A stretch of 64,000 bases of DNA from Nitrospirales bacterium (GTDB lineage Bacteria; Nitrospirota; Nitrospiria; Nitrospirales; UBA8639): positions 3,392,001 to 3,456,000 of the forward strand of contig OY820905.2 in assembly GCA_963555755.3 (NCBI GenBank), read 5' to 3'. The notes beneath the pieces were generated by a model. The model did not search any database. It was given only the letters and a program-made list of their open reading frames with translations, and was not told where the DNA came from. A program made the position numbers and the translations under genes. How positions within the stretch are numbered: the first letter of the stretch is position 1; the number at the start of each line of letters is the position of its first letter. Shown here one piece after another: positions 19,936 to 29,617 of the stretch.

Positions 19936-20167
19936 TAAGGTTTCCGGTTTTGTCGTTGGGTATTTAAAGGAAACAATATGATTGGAAAATCCCCATAACC
20001 CCCTTTTCCATAAGGGGGACCTCAATGGTTACCCCCTCTCAGAGCACCGGGGAATAACGAAATCGAATCACAGTTTGCAGGACATCCGCATGGCGTTATA
20101 GCATAAGGTATTCTTGCGCGAACCTTCAGAACACGTTTCTGCCACCTCGATAATTCGTGAGGATCTC

Positions 20168-21478
20168 ATGATACCCAGTAACAATCCTCCGCAACCTGAC
20201 CTGTTTCGTGATTCTTCCAACACCCAAGCCGGCCCAATCTCCTTTTCCGTCGGACCTCTCGCGGAGCGATTCCGGCCTCAGACATTTTCAGAATTTTTGG
20301 GTCAGGAGCATCTGCTCTCAGAGAATCAAGCCTTACGACAGGCGATTGAATCCGATCAGGTTCCTTCACTCATTCTTTGGGGGCCTCCGGGATCGGGGAA
20401 GACAACCTTGGCTCATCTCATTGCACGACATTCGGAAGCCGCCTTTGTCCCGTTTTCGGCGGTGGTCAGTGGCGTGCCTGAACTTCGCACCATCATCAAA
20501 GAGGCGGTACAACGTCGCCGGATGACCGGTCAACATACTATTTTATTCGTGGATGAAATTCATCGATTTAATAAAGCGCAGCAAGATGCCTTTCTCCCGT
20601 ATGTGGAGCGCGGCGATATTACTCTGATTGGGGCGACGACTCAAAACCCGTCCTTTGAAATTATTGCCCCGCTGTTGTCACGCTCAATGGTCGTGGAGCT
20701 ACATTCTTTGAATGAGGAGGCGATGGGAACCATCATGGATCGGGCGATGACGGATCAGGAGCGAGGGCTGGGGAAGTTCAATGTGACCGTGACCAGTGAG
20801 GCTCGAACGGGGCTGATCCACTATGGAAATGGGGATGCACGATCCCTGCTTTCGGCCCTGGAATACGCGGTGAGACAAGTGGCTGCAAAAGATAAATCCC
20901 CACGGGCCCTTGATCAGCAACAGCTCAAACGCATTCTCCAGAAGAAGTCGCTCCGGTATGACAAAGACGGGGAAGAGCACTACAACCTGATCTCTGGGTA
21001 CATTAAGAGCATGCGAGATTCCGATGCCGATGGTGCGTTGTATTGGCTCGCTCGTATGTTGGAAGGAGGTGAGGATCCGAAATTCATTGCACGGCGCATG
21101 GTCATTTTTGCCTCAGAAGATGTGAGCAATGCCGAGCCAATGGCCATAATGGTGGCGACCGCGATTTTTCAAGCAGTGGTGCAGGTAGGGCTGCCCGAAG
21201 CACAAATTAATTTGGCGCATGGTACGACCTACTTGGCCTCATGCCCTAAAAGCAATGCCTCGTATGTGGGTTTAAAGGAAGCCTTAGCCGATGCCAAACA
21301 ATTGGGGAATTTGCCCGTGCCCTTGCACCTCCGGAATGCTGTCACTTCGCTGATGAAAGATGTGGGCTATGGGAAAGGGTATCGATATGTTCACGATGAT
21401 CCAGAAGCACAAGTTGAGCAAAGCCACCTTCCGCCATCCTTAGAAGGGCGACGGTACTACCGGCCTCGGAAGACGTAA
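20168..21478 (+). CDS. rarA: Replication-associated recombination protein A (MgsA)
   Basis: PLAERFRP, GPPGSGKT, DEIHRFNKAQQD, ASEDV, VPLHLRNA. Confidence 0.96.
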   Translation: MIPSNNPPQPDLFRDSSNTQAGPISFSVGPLAERFRPQTFSEFLGQEHLLSENQALRQAIESDQVPSLILWGPPGSGKTTLAHLIARHSEAAFVPFSAVVSGVPELRTIIKEAVQRRRMTGQHTILFVDEIHRFNKAQQDAFLPYVERGDITLIGATTQNPSFEIIAPLLSRSMVVELHSLNEEAMGTIMDRAMTDQERGLGKFNVTVTSEARTGLIHYGNGDARSLLSALEYAVRQVAAKDKSPRALDQQQLKRILQKKSLRYDKDGEEHYNLISGYIKSMRDSDADGALYWLARMLEGGEDPKFIARRMVIFASEDVSNAEPMAIMVATAIFQAVVQVGLPEAQINLAHGTTYLASCPKSNASYVGLKEALADAKQLGNLPVPLHLRNAVTSLMKDVGYGKGYRYVHDDPEAQVEQSHLPPSLEGRRYYRPRKT

Positions 21479-21556
21479 TGCGTGAAGGGTTATGCGTGAA
21501 GCGTAGGGAAGTTTTTCCTCTTCACGCTTCACGCATGACCCTTCACGCATTACGTC

Positions 21557-23407
21557 TCACCCCACCTGTTCCATCTGTTGTTTTTGGGTTTCAAGTTGAG
21601 AAGAGAGGTCTGACCACTTGTCCGTCAATACGTTGAGATCGCGCTTCCATTGTTCGTGTTCTTGATGGAGTTCATTCCAACGGGCAAAGTCTTGATACAG
21701 TTCGGGAGCCGCAAGTTCCGCTGCTCGGGTCTTGATCCGCTCCTCTAGGTCGGCAATCTCTTCTTCTGCGCGCGCGACTTGTTTCTCCAGCCGATTGATG
21801 GATTTGGTGATGTCTCGCCGATTGACTTTTTTCTCCTGAGGAGGGGGCTCTATGGGGGAAGCACCGTTGGTGTGTTTCTTCCGCTTCTTTTCCTTGAGGT
21901 TGGAAGCCTGTTGAGCTTCTTCTTGTTTCCGAAGTTCTTCGAGTTCCTTCGATCGTTTCCACAGATAATATTCGTAATCGCCGATATAATCCGTCAGCAC
22001 GCCTTCGTCAATGTCCACGACGCGTGTTGCCACCCGGCTCAAAAACGTCGGGTCGTGTGAGATGAACACAATCGTACCGGGAAAGATCGTCATTGCGTCG
22101 GTGAGCACATCAACGGAGCCGGGGTCTAAATGATTAGTCGGCTCGTCAAGCAGCAACGTGTTGGCCGGTTCTGCTAACATGCGAGCCAAGGCCACTCGAT
22201 TGCGTTCCCCTCCGCTCAACGCCTTGATGGGTTTTTTCTGATCATCCCCAGAGAAGAGAAACACCCCAGCGATGCTTCGCAAATAATTCGTTTCGGCTTG
22301 TCGCGCAGCTTCAGCCAAGGATTCTAAAATGGTGTGTTCAGGATTGAGAATTTCGGCTTGATGCTGCGCAAAGTAATGGAGCGAGACCCCATGCCCCTCC
22401 TTACGGGTGCCGGCCTCGAATTCCAACACGCCGGACAATATTTTTAATAAGGTACTTTTCCCTGCGCCGTTTTCACCAACCAGGGCCACACGCTGACCTC
22501 GTTCTACGGCAAAGTCCATGTTGTCGTAGACGACGTTTTCTCCGTATTGTTTTCTGATCCCCTGTAGGTCAAGAGGAAGTCTGCCGCTTGGTTTTGGCTC
22601 AGGGAATCGAAAACGAAGGCGCTTCGTATCGCGTTTGGTTTCAATGAGCTTCACCTTTTCCAATTGCTTGATCCGAGATTGAACCTGTTTAGCTTTATTG
22701 GCTTTGTACCGGAAGCGATCGACGAACTTTTGCACGCGGGCGACTTCTTTGGCCTGTCGTTGCGCAGCTGCGGATTGTTGGAGATCGAGTTGAAACCGGA
22801 GGTTTTGAAAATCGGAATAATTGCCACGGTACTCTTGAAGTTGCGCATCGCGAATTTCCCAAATGTGCGTGACCATTCGATCCAAAAACGCGGTATCGTG
22901 ACTGATGATCAGCATGGTTATTTTGGAATTCAGCAGGTAAGATTCCAACCATGCTTGAGTGGGTTTATCCAAATGGTTTGTCGGCTCGTCAAGCATTAAC
23001 ACGTCGGGATGGGAGAGGAGTAAATGCCCAAGGGCTACACGCATACGATAGCCCCCTGAAAAGGTTTCGAGCTTTCGGTCCCAGTCGCCTTCTCCAAAAC
23101 CCAGGCCGGAGAGTATCCGTTTGGCCTCATGCTCGGGATATTCGTCGCGGTGAGTGGCTTGTAGGACGGTCAGTTTGGTTGGGGCCTCGAGTTCTTGGGG
23201 AAGATAGCCAATGCGGAGCCAGGGGCGTTGTCGAATGGAGCCATCATCGGCTGTATTTTCACCAATGATCATTCGGAGGAGGGTGGTTTTTCCAGTCCCG
23301 TTTCGCCCCACCAAGCCGACTCGTGTTTCCGGACGCAAGTGCGCCGAGGCCGAAGAGAACAAGGTTTTGGTTGGAAACTCTTTGGTTAATTCTTCAATAT
23401 GAATCAT
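21557..23407 (-). CDS. ABC-F family ATP-binding protein
   Basis: Two ABC domains with LDEPTNHLD, inter-ABC linker, C-terminal coiled coil, no TM segments. Confidence 0.93.
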   Translation of the reverse strand: MIHIEELTKEFPTKTLFSSASAHLRPETRVGLVGRNGTGKTTLLRMIIGENTADDGSIRQRPWLRIGYLPQELEAPTKLTVLQATHRDEYPEHEAKRILSGLGFGEGDWDRKLETFSGGYRMRVALGHLLLSHPDVLMLDEPTNHLDKPTQAWLESYLLNSKITMLIISHDTAFLDRMVTHIWEIRDAQLQEYRGNYSDFQNLRFQLDLQQSAAAQRQAKEVARVQKFVDRFRYKANKAKQVQSRIKQLEKVKLIETKRDTKRLRFRFPEPKPSGRLPLDLQGIRKQYGENVVYDNMDFAVERGQRVALVGENGAGKSTLLKILSGVLEFEAGTRKEGHGVSLHYFAQHQAEILNPEHTILESLAEAARQAETNYLRSIAGVFLFSGDDQKKPIKALSGGERNRVALARMLAEPANTLLLDEPTNHLDPGSVDVLTDAMTIFPGTIVFISHDPTFLSRVATRVVDIDEGVLTDYIGDYEYYLWKRSKELEELRKQEEAQQASNLKEKKRKKHTNGASPIEPPPQEKKVNRRDITKSINRLEKQVARAEEEIADLEERIKTRAAELAAPELYQDFARWNELHQEHEQWKRDLNVLTDKWSDLSSQLETQKQQMEQVG

Positions 23408-23649
23408 GGCTTACGGTACGATCTGTCTTGACACGCTTCTGCTTGTGTAACATTCAGGAGAAAAACCCAACTGGGGTGAAAAACTGAATGTGGAATGAAG
23501 GCAGGAGGCGAGGAGAAAGGTAAATATTGCTTGCCCCAAATTTTTTTTGGAAATCTCTACAAGAAAGTCCGCCTTCGCCAAGGCTACGGCGGAGAGCTTT
23601 CGCTTCAATATTTGGTTGGCTTGCCAGCTGAAGCTCAAAGAGCGAAAGC

Positions 23650-23725
23650 TGGTGGAGCTGGCCGGGATTGAACCGGCGACCTCGTGAATGCCATTCACGC
23701 GCGCTCCCAACTGCGCCACAGCCCC
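23650..23725 (-). tRNA. tRNA-Ala(GGC)
   Basis: GGGGCTG...CAGCTCCACCA cloverleaf, anticodon loop ATGGCAT, T-arm GGTTCAATCC; TTGACC-17-TAGATT promoter at 23774-23802. Confidence 0.97.
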
Positions 23726-24019
23726 ACGCAACCCGTTTTTTCGGTAAATTCGAAAAAAATCTTAACGGATTCGAATCTAACATGTAGGGTCACACCGGTC
23801 AAGAAAGAGGAGAATTTGAACATGTGTTGAGAAAATAAGTGGCAATACCTCAATGGCCTCTGATAGAAGAATAGAGCACACTAGGTAACCCACCTAGCAC
23901 TCAGTTTCTAATCTGTTTGACGTTTCTTTCTTCACCCTCGCCCCTGAGGGGAGAGGGTAGGGTGAGGGGATACAAGGTTTGGGTAAATCGCCAATCCCAA
24001 TGACAAAGGATGAATCAGA

Positions 24020-25432
24020 ATGACCAACGTTCGAGTTCGTTTTGCCCCAAGTCCAACAGGCTATCTCCATATTGGCGGAGTCCGGACGGCGTTATTTAAT
24101 TGGCTGTTCGCTCGGCATCACGGCGGGACCTTTGTGTTGCGCATTGAAGATACCGATCGGGCCCGATCCACCGATGAGGCCATCGAAGCCATTGTGCAAG
24201 GGATGCGATGGGTCGGGCTGGATTGGGATGAAGGTCCGCTTCGCCAGACTGACCGACTCGATCTGTATCGTGAAAAAGCCAAGGAGTTGTTAGATCAAGG
24301 CAAAGCCTATTGGTGTGTGTGTACGCCCGAAGAGTTAGAGGTGCGTCGTAAGGAAGCTCAGGCTAAGGGGGAGTCCAGTAAGTATGATGGCCGGTGTCGC
24401 GACAAGGGAATCACGTCACCGACTGGGCCAGCGGCGATGCGATTTAAATCTCCGCAAGAAGGCCAGACAATTGTTGACGATCTTATCAAAGGGAAAATTG
24501 TCTTCGAGAATACCGTGCTCGATGATTTGATTATTCTCCGATCGAATAACTATCCCACCTATAATTTCTCCGTGGTCATCGATGACGCGCTCATGAACAT
24601 CACCCACGTCATCCGTGGCGACGATCATGTGAATAACACCCCTCGGCAAGTGCCAATGTTTGAAGCCATGGGGTACCAGGTCCCCAAGTTCGCGCATTTG
24701 CCGATGATTCTTGGTTCGGATAAAGCGCGATTGTCCAAACGGCACGGCGCGACCTCGGTATTGGCCTATCAAGAAATGGGGTATTTACCGGAAGCGCTGG
24801 TGAATTATCTCGTGAGGCTTGGATGGTCTCATGGCGATCAAGAAATCTTTACGATTCAGGAACTGATCGAAAAGTTTTCGTTTGAGAATGTGCAATCGTC
24901 GGCTGCCGTGTTTAATCACGAAAAACTTCAATGGTTGAATGCCGAATATATTAAACAGGGTGATCCTCAACACATTGCCACGTTACTGGTCCCGTTCCTC
25001 ACACAACACGGGTATGATCCAAACGGACCGGTTCAACCACAAGGGGGCCTTGAGGCCGTTGTCCCGCATGTCAGAGAGCGCGCCAAAACTCTCGTCGAAA
25101 TGGCCGATTGGTTCATGCCGTTCATTACGGAGCCAGTCACGATGGATGAGGCAGCCGCGATCAAATTTCTTACGCCCGCAATTGCCCCAAGCCTCAAAAA
25201 GTTTGCCGAACGCATGAGCGTCGTAGATAGCCTATCCAAGGAAACACTCGATCCCGTCATACAATCTGTCCTGGAGGAAGATGGCCTCAAAATGGGCAAG
25301 TTTGCCCAACCCCTCCGCGTCGCGCTCACCGGACGAACCTTCAGCCCCGGCATTCATGAAGTGATGCAATTGCTAGGAAAAGACCGAACCCTGCATCGCA
25401 TTAACCAAGCCATTCAAAGAATACCCTCGTAG
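24020..25432 (+). CDS. gltX: Glutamate--tRNA ligase
   Basis: RFAPSPTG, HIGG, LRIEDTD, RLSKR. Confidence 0.98.
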   Translation: MTNVRVRFAPSPTGYLHIGGVRTALFNWLFARHHGGTFVLRIEDTDRARSTDEAIEAIVQGMRWVGLDWDEGPLRQTDRLDLYREKAKELLDQGKAYWCVCTPEELEVRRKEAQAKGESSKYDGRCRDKGITSPTGPAAMRFKSPQEGQTIVDDLIKGKIVFENTVLDDLIILRSNNYPTYNFSVVIDDALMNITHVIRGDDHVNNTPRQVPMFEAMGYQVPKFAHLPMILGSDKARLSKRHGATSVLAYQEMGYLPEALVNYLVRLGWSHGDQEIFTIQELIEKFSFENVQSSAAVFNHEKLQWLNAEYIKQGDPQHIATLLVPFLTQHGYDPNGPVQPQGGLEAVVPHVRERAKTLVEMADWFMPFITEPVTMDEAAAIKFLTPAIAPSLKKFAERMSVVDSLSKETLDPVIQSVLEEDGLKMGKFAQPLRVALTGRTFSPGIHEVMQLLGKDRTLHRINQAIQRIPS

Positions 25433-25632
25433 TGGATATTTTCAGTATTTCCTCGCCCACTTTTACGTGGCGAGGAGAAAGGAAAGGGGGCAAGAGGCAC
25501 CCTTAGCAATATTGCCAGTTGATAAATGCCTTGGTTGTCCCTCGCCCCTTTGGGGAGAGGGTAGGGTGAGGGGTTCTTCCCATCATCTGTTTCTTGACTC
25601 AGATAAGAGGCTCCATTAAGCTTTTCAGAGGA

Positions 25633-25706
25633 TGGGGGATCGTCTAAGGGTAGGACGTCAGATTCTGGTTCTGGCTGTGAGGGTTCGAATCCTTCTCCCC
25701 CAGCCA
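25633..25706 (+). tRNA. tRNA-Gln(CTG)
   Basis: TGGGGGA...TCCCCCAGCCA, anticodon loop TTCTGGT, GGTTCGAATCC; TTGACT-17-TAAGCT promoter at 25594-25622. Confidence 0.96.
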
Positions 25707-26209
25707 CCCTTCATTTTTAACCCGTTGAGCGAGCAGGCCGAACGGTTTTTTGTAGTTAGGACGCAGACTTCCGTTAGTCAGGGTGCAGTTCTATAGTAAA
25801 ACATTCAGTAAACGACGTTGCTCGTGTGGGGTTTGTTGAAGGTATAGTGAATAGGCTCGTTCATTCTGATGGCTTGCGCGCGGGGCTTCCTTGATCCACT
25901 CCACTTTGTCTCCGTCGATTTCAATTGCCCGTACCAGTTCCCCCAACAGTCCTTGTAGCTTTTCCTCTCGAAGGGTGGCTTCGCCGCACTTGCCCTTACA
26001 TCCGGTACAACGATAATAAATGTATCGGCCTTTCTTTATTTCTGCCGTGATCGCACACCCACACCTTCCGCACGACACGAGTCCGGTAAACGCAAAAGAC
26101 CGGCCTGCCCGTCTTTTTGGCTTATTGTGCCGACAAAAAGCTTCCTACAAGTTTTCCAAAATTCATGACTCACAAGGGGGGGGCGCACCTTGGTATCGTT
26201 GCCCATTCC
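25644..26209 (-). pseudogene. Large serine recombinase C-terminal relic
   Basis: WNGQRYQG..PLVS, FAFTGLVSCGRCG...YYRCTGCKGKC zinc ribbon, premature TAG at 25791-25793, then YKKPFGLLA...WLGEKDSNP running antisense into the tRNA. Confidence 0.8.
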
Positions 26210-26375
26210 AATTTGCTACAAGGGGTTGATGCACAGGGGTGGCGGAAGGCCCTGTGCGAGAAAAATGTTCTTCAGGCAGGCAACTCGGCGACTGTAGGGC
26301 GGTTGGGCGGGTTGATTCGGAGGCGGCTGGGAATGATGGAGCCGAACTTATGGCAGCTCATTTGCGATGGATCAC
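26210..26375 (+). pseudogene. brxA: Internal fragment of BREX BrxA (DUF1819)
   Basis: LLQGVDAQGWRKALCEKNVLQ....TVGRLGGLIRRRLGMMEPNLWQLICDGS resembles the BrxA N-terminal half. Confidence 0.6.
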
Positions 26376-26498
26376 TAATCCCACCCTGGCTTCCGGTTCA
26401 ACTCCCGAACCGGCACTCTTCCTTCGCCCATTTCCCCTCCCCACACGCCACAAGGGATCGAAATACTTGGCACCAGCTTTGGGCACAGGAGGTGTGTC

Positions 26499-26567
26499 AT
26501 GTCGAAACGACGACGTTACACCAAACAGTTCAAAGAAAAGGCCCTTCGGTTGGTGAGCCAGAAGTAA
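26499..26567 (+). pseudogene. IS3-family OrfA N-terminal relic
   Basis: AGGAGG RBS then MSKRRRYTKQFKEKALRLV followed by a stop. Confidence 0.65.
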
Positions 26568-26884
26568 GGTGTCGAAGTCCGAAATATCCGGCTTGGCCAG
26601 TAAGGTGCCCTGAATCCTCTTCAGGTGCTTGAGGCCAAAGGTCAGCCAAAAACCCGACAGAGATACGTTCCAAAGAAACAAGGACCGTCCCGAACAACCT
26701 CAAGAAAACTTCCAAAACTGAGCAACTATTCTTGCAAGAATAACGAAACAAGGACCAGGTGCCAACACGGCCTACATTTAGACACAATCTTGAACAAAAT
26801 AGCGCAATCCCATACCCCAGACTGCAAGATTCATCTTGCCATTAAAACCTGGAGTTATTCATTGATTTACCGATGAATTTCTCC

Positions 26885-26911
26885 TTAACAAGTTCTGGAA
26901 CCTGCCGAAGA
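26885..26911 (+). promoter_or_regulatory. Putative sigma28 (FliA) promoter
   Basis: TTAA-N15-GCCGAAGA (consensus TAAA-N15-GCCGATAA), positioned about 15 nt before the riboswitch. Confidence 0.45.
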
Positions 26912-26925
26912 AATACTCAGGTTGA

Positions 26926-27018
26926 GTTTCGATAAGGGCCACCCCATTCGAAAGAATGGGTGCGCAAAATCACCGGTCTACGAGGCCTCAGGCCTTAGGA
27001 CAGCGGGATTGCCGGAAC
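26926..27018 (+). ncRNA. c-di-GMP-I (GEMM-I) riboswitch
   Basis: GGGC..CCCATTC-GAAA-GAATGGG..GCAAA..CCGGTCTA...TAGGACAGCGGGATTGCCG; P2 with GAAA tetraloop, P3 with receptor-like motif, P1 GTTTCG/CGGAAC; closely parallels the Vc2 aptamer. Confidence 0.85.
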
Positions 27019-27245
27019 TTCCAGAGTCATGCATCCTTTTGGAAAAATGGTGAATGCACGGCTTCACCATTTTCATGCAATCCCTTCCGGCTCCGCTCCC
27101 CGAACGCCAAACGGCTTCTTATCGACCTCTTCCGGCAGTGCTACAACTCGAAAATGAATGAAGTTAGGACAATCAGGGATCATGGGGTTTGCCTTCCTGA
27201 GGCAACCGAGATCTCCAAGAGCCTGATTATTCTCAGGGTGACGCA

Positions 27246-28973
27246 ATGGAAATCAACGGGTTTGGCAGTCTCATTTATGGCAATCCGTATCGCCGCGTCT
27301 TCATACGTGAAGCTGATGCTCTACTGGCCAAACGTCTAGAACGTCTAGAGGGAGCAATTGGTGCCACGACCCAACCGGCTGAGACCCGTGACCAATTGCT
27401 TCGGCTCAGACGACAAGTCGTCGAACTTCGAAAGGCCCTTGAGACGAACAATCAACCGGTACGGCTCGCCCGGACATTTTCGTTTGGCTCCGCGCCGATC
27501 GCCGCCACTGCCACCTCTGCCATAAATTTAAACCTGGGAGCAACAATTCCCTTAACAGCTGCTACGTTGGAGTCCACGGAAGAAGTGAATACCACGGCCA
27601 CCTCCTTCACGCCATTTGGCCCAAACTTTACCGGTGCCTCCACTGCCGAGGCCACGATCGGCGGGATCTACGATGGATCCAACGGTACCGCCACCCTGAC
27701 TTTCAGAGTAACTAAAGGAGGGACTCATGGTGAGAAAACCATCCACGTCCGAGTCTATGACCCCGCTGAGGTAGAAATCGACTTCTTCAATATCAAGTCG
27801 AATCACCCCATCAACACGGTATATACCCTTGCTAACGGGTTGACCTTCACCCTGGGGGCAGGGGACGCCATCCAAAACGACGAGTTTACCATCCAGGTCT
27901 TCGATTCCGTGGGTAGTGCCGTCGATCCGGACAAGCCCTTCGACGGCATCAGAAACCAGAACCCCAACTTTGAGAATGGGTTGAGTCTCACGGCCGGGTC
28001 CTTCGACGTGAACAGCGAGACCATTACTGTCCTCGCCACTGATACGATCAACTCCATCCTCGGGAAGATTACTTCCTCCAATGCGGGGGTGACTGCGACA
28101 TTCGATTCCCAAACCGAAAAAATCCTGCTCACTCAAAACACGCTGGGGTCCAGCCCGACGATCGTCCTCGACAATGACTCTTCCGGCTTCCTGGCCGCCA
28201 CCAAATTGGCGGCAGCCGCCGTCGTTCCAGGAACGGATGTGGAAGGTACCCCGGATGATATTCTCTCCATCACTACCGGGTTCGCGTCCGTCATCAATGG
28301 GTCAATTCTTATCAATGGGGAATCGATCGCGATTGATGTCGGAAGCGACTCGCTCAACGATGTGCTAGCCAACATTAATGCCTCTGCCGCGGGTGTAACG
28401 GCCAGCCTGATCAATGGGGGGCAGAAGATCTCGATTGTTGCCACTTCCCTCACCGGTCAGATCATCTTGAACGGGAACGGAACCGGATTTTTCACCGCGT
28501 CAGAAATTACTGAAACGACCTACAATCCGAATAAAGGCCAGCTTCACCGTGTCACTCGCAAAGGTCTGACGGATCGGCGTTCCCAACAACTCACCCGATC
28601 GTTGCGGGAAGTAGCCCATACCTTGAATCCGATTTTTGACGAGGCGAAGAGCGCAGGGAGCCTGGGGGCTTCTCTCATCCAACTGCGCGCCAATCTCAAA
28701 GGCGCCATCGTCGGGTCAAGTGGCTCAAAATTGGACACTGACTTTGGGATCAACTTCGATTTTGGAATGAGAACCAACACGGTGTTTGCCTTTTCCCGTG
28801 CCAACCAGGATCAACTGACTGCCAGCCTTCGGCGGAAACCTAATGCCGCCCATACATTGTTGTTCGCCGACAAAGGCCTCATCTCGCGATTATTGGCTGT
28901 CATCCAACAAGCCGAACAGGAATTAAATGCCGCGCTCGGGTCAAGCGGAACCTTCGTCGACGTATTCGCGTAA
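27246..28973 (+). CDS. Orphan FliD/flagellin-like secreted protein
   Basis: Helical termini and a Thr/Gly/Asn-rich core; two flagellin-hook IN-type repeats (DTINSILGKITSSNAGVTAT; DSLNDVLANINASAAGVTAS); ends GTFVDVFA; no Sec signal. Confidence 0.7.
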   Translation: MEINGFGSLIYGNPYRRVFIREADALLAKRLERLEGAIGATTQPAETRDQLLRLRRQVVELRKALETNNQPVRLARTFSFGSAPIAATATSAINLNLGATIPLTAATLESTEEVNTTATSFTPFGPNFTGASTAEATIGGIYDGSNGTATLTFRVTKGGTHGEKTIHVRVYDPAEVEIDFFNIKSNHPINTVYTLANGLTFTLGAGDAIQNDEFTIQVFDSVGSAVDPDKPFDGIRNQNPNFENGLSLTAGSFDVNSETITVLATDTINSILGKITSSNAGVTATFDSQTEKILLTQNTLGSSPTIVLDNDSSGFLAATKLAAAAVVPGTDVEGTPDDILSITTGFASVINGSILINGESIAIDVGSDSLNDVLANINASAAGVTASLINGGQKISIVATSLTGQIILNGNGTGFFTASEITETTYNPNKGQLHRVTRKGLTDRRSQQLTRSLREVAHTLNPIFDEAKSAGSLGASLIQLRANLKGAIVGSSGSKLDTDFGINFDFGMRTNTVFAFSRANQDQLTASLRRKPNAAHTLLFADKGLISRLLAVIQQAEQELNAALGSSGTFVDVFA

Positions 28974-29345
28974 CCTTACACCGTGTTTTGATAACTGCAT
29001 GCATACAGGATCAACAGAAAAAACCGGCGTTGTTGCATAATTGGCCCATAATGTTAGGTGTCGTGACAATGGCTCATGGCCCACAACGCATATACCTTCC
29101 GATGGTATTGTCACCTTAACGAAAATTCCACCCTGAGCACACAATTCCCCCCAAGATAATCCATTGATTTATCAGGGATTACGCTGTGTCCTCCACAGGT
29201 TCAAGCAGCCAAAGTTGACAATGCCGCCCTATGACATGGAATCACTCGGTGTGTGGGGAAGTTGAAGTAGGCCCTGGATCTCAATACGCGTGTGGCCATG
29301 GCTCAAGAGGTATTAACTCACATCCTGCCACCACAATCGGGTGTA

Positions 29346-29491
29346 GGATCCCCAAAGTCCGTGCAAGCTCTTGGCACCTGGCAAAATAAAAATTGGTCTC
29401 ATCATTACCGATGTGATCGCAAATTTTTGAATTTCACCATACACCAAAATTTTTACACGTCTGTTAAATGTTCAACTGCCGTTTCTAGGTT
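29346..29491. repeat. Degenerate copy of repeat family D
   Basis: Aligns with the reverse complement of 32842-33008 and ends GTTTCTAGGTT. Confidence 0.7.
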
Positions 29492-29617
29492 GAAAGTGAT
29501 AGCGCGTCTATTTTCTCACGACTGAACCCTACCCCAGTTTTTGCAGGTCCACATCCCTCCCTATTCCTTCAAACTCTGATTTTCAGGGATGGGTCAAACC
29601 TGGTATAACGATGGACC

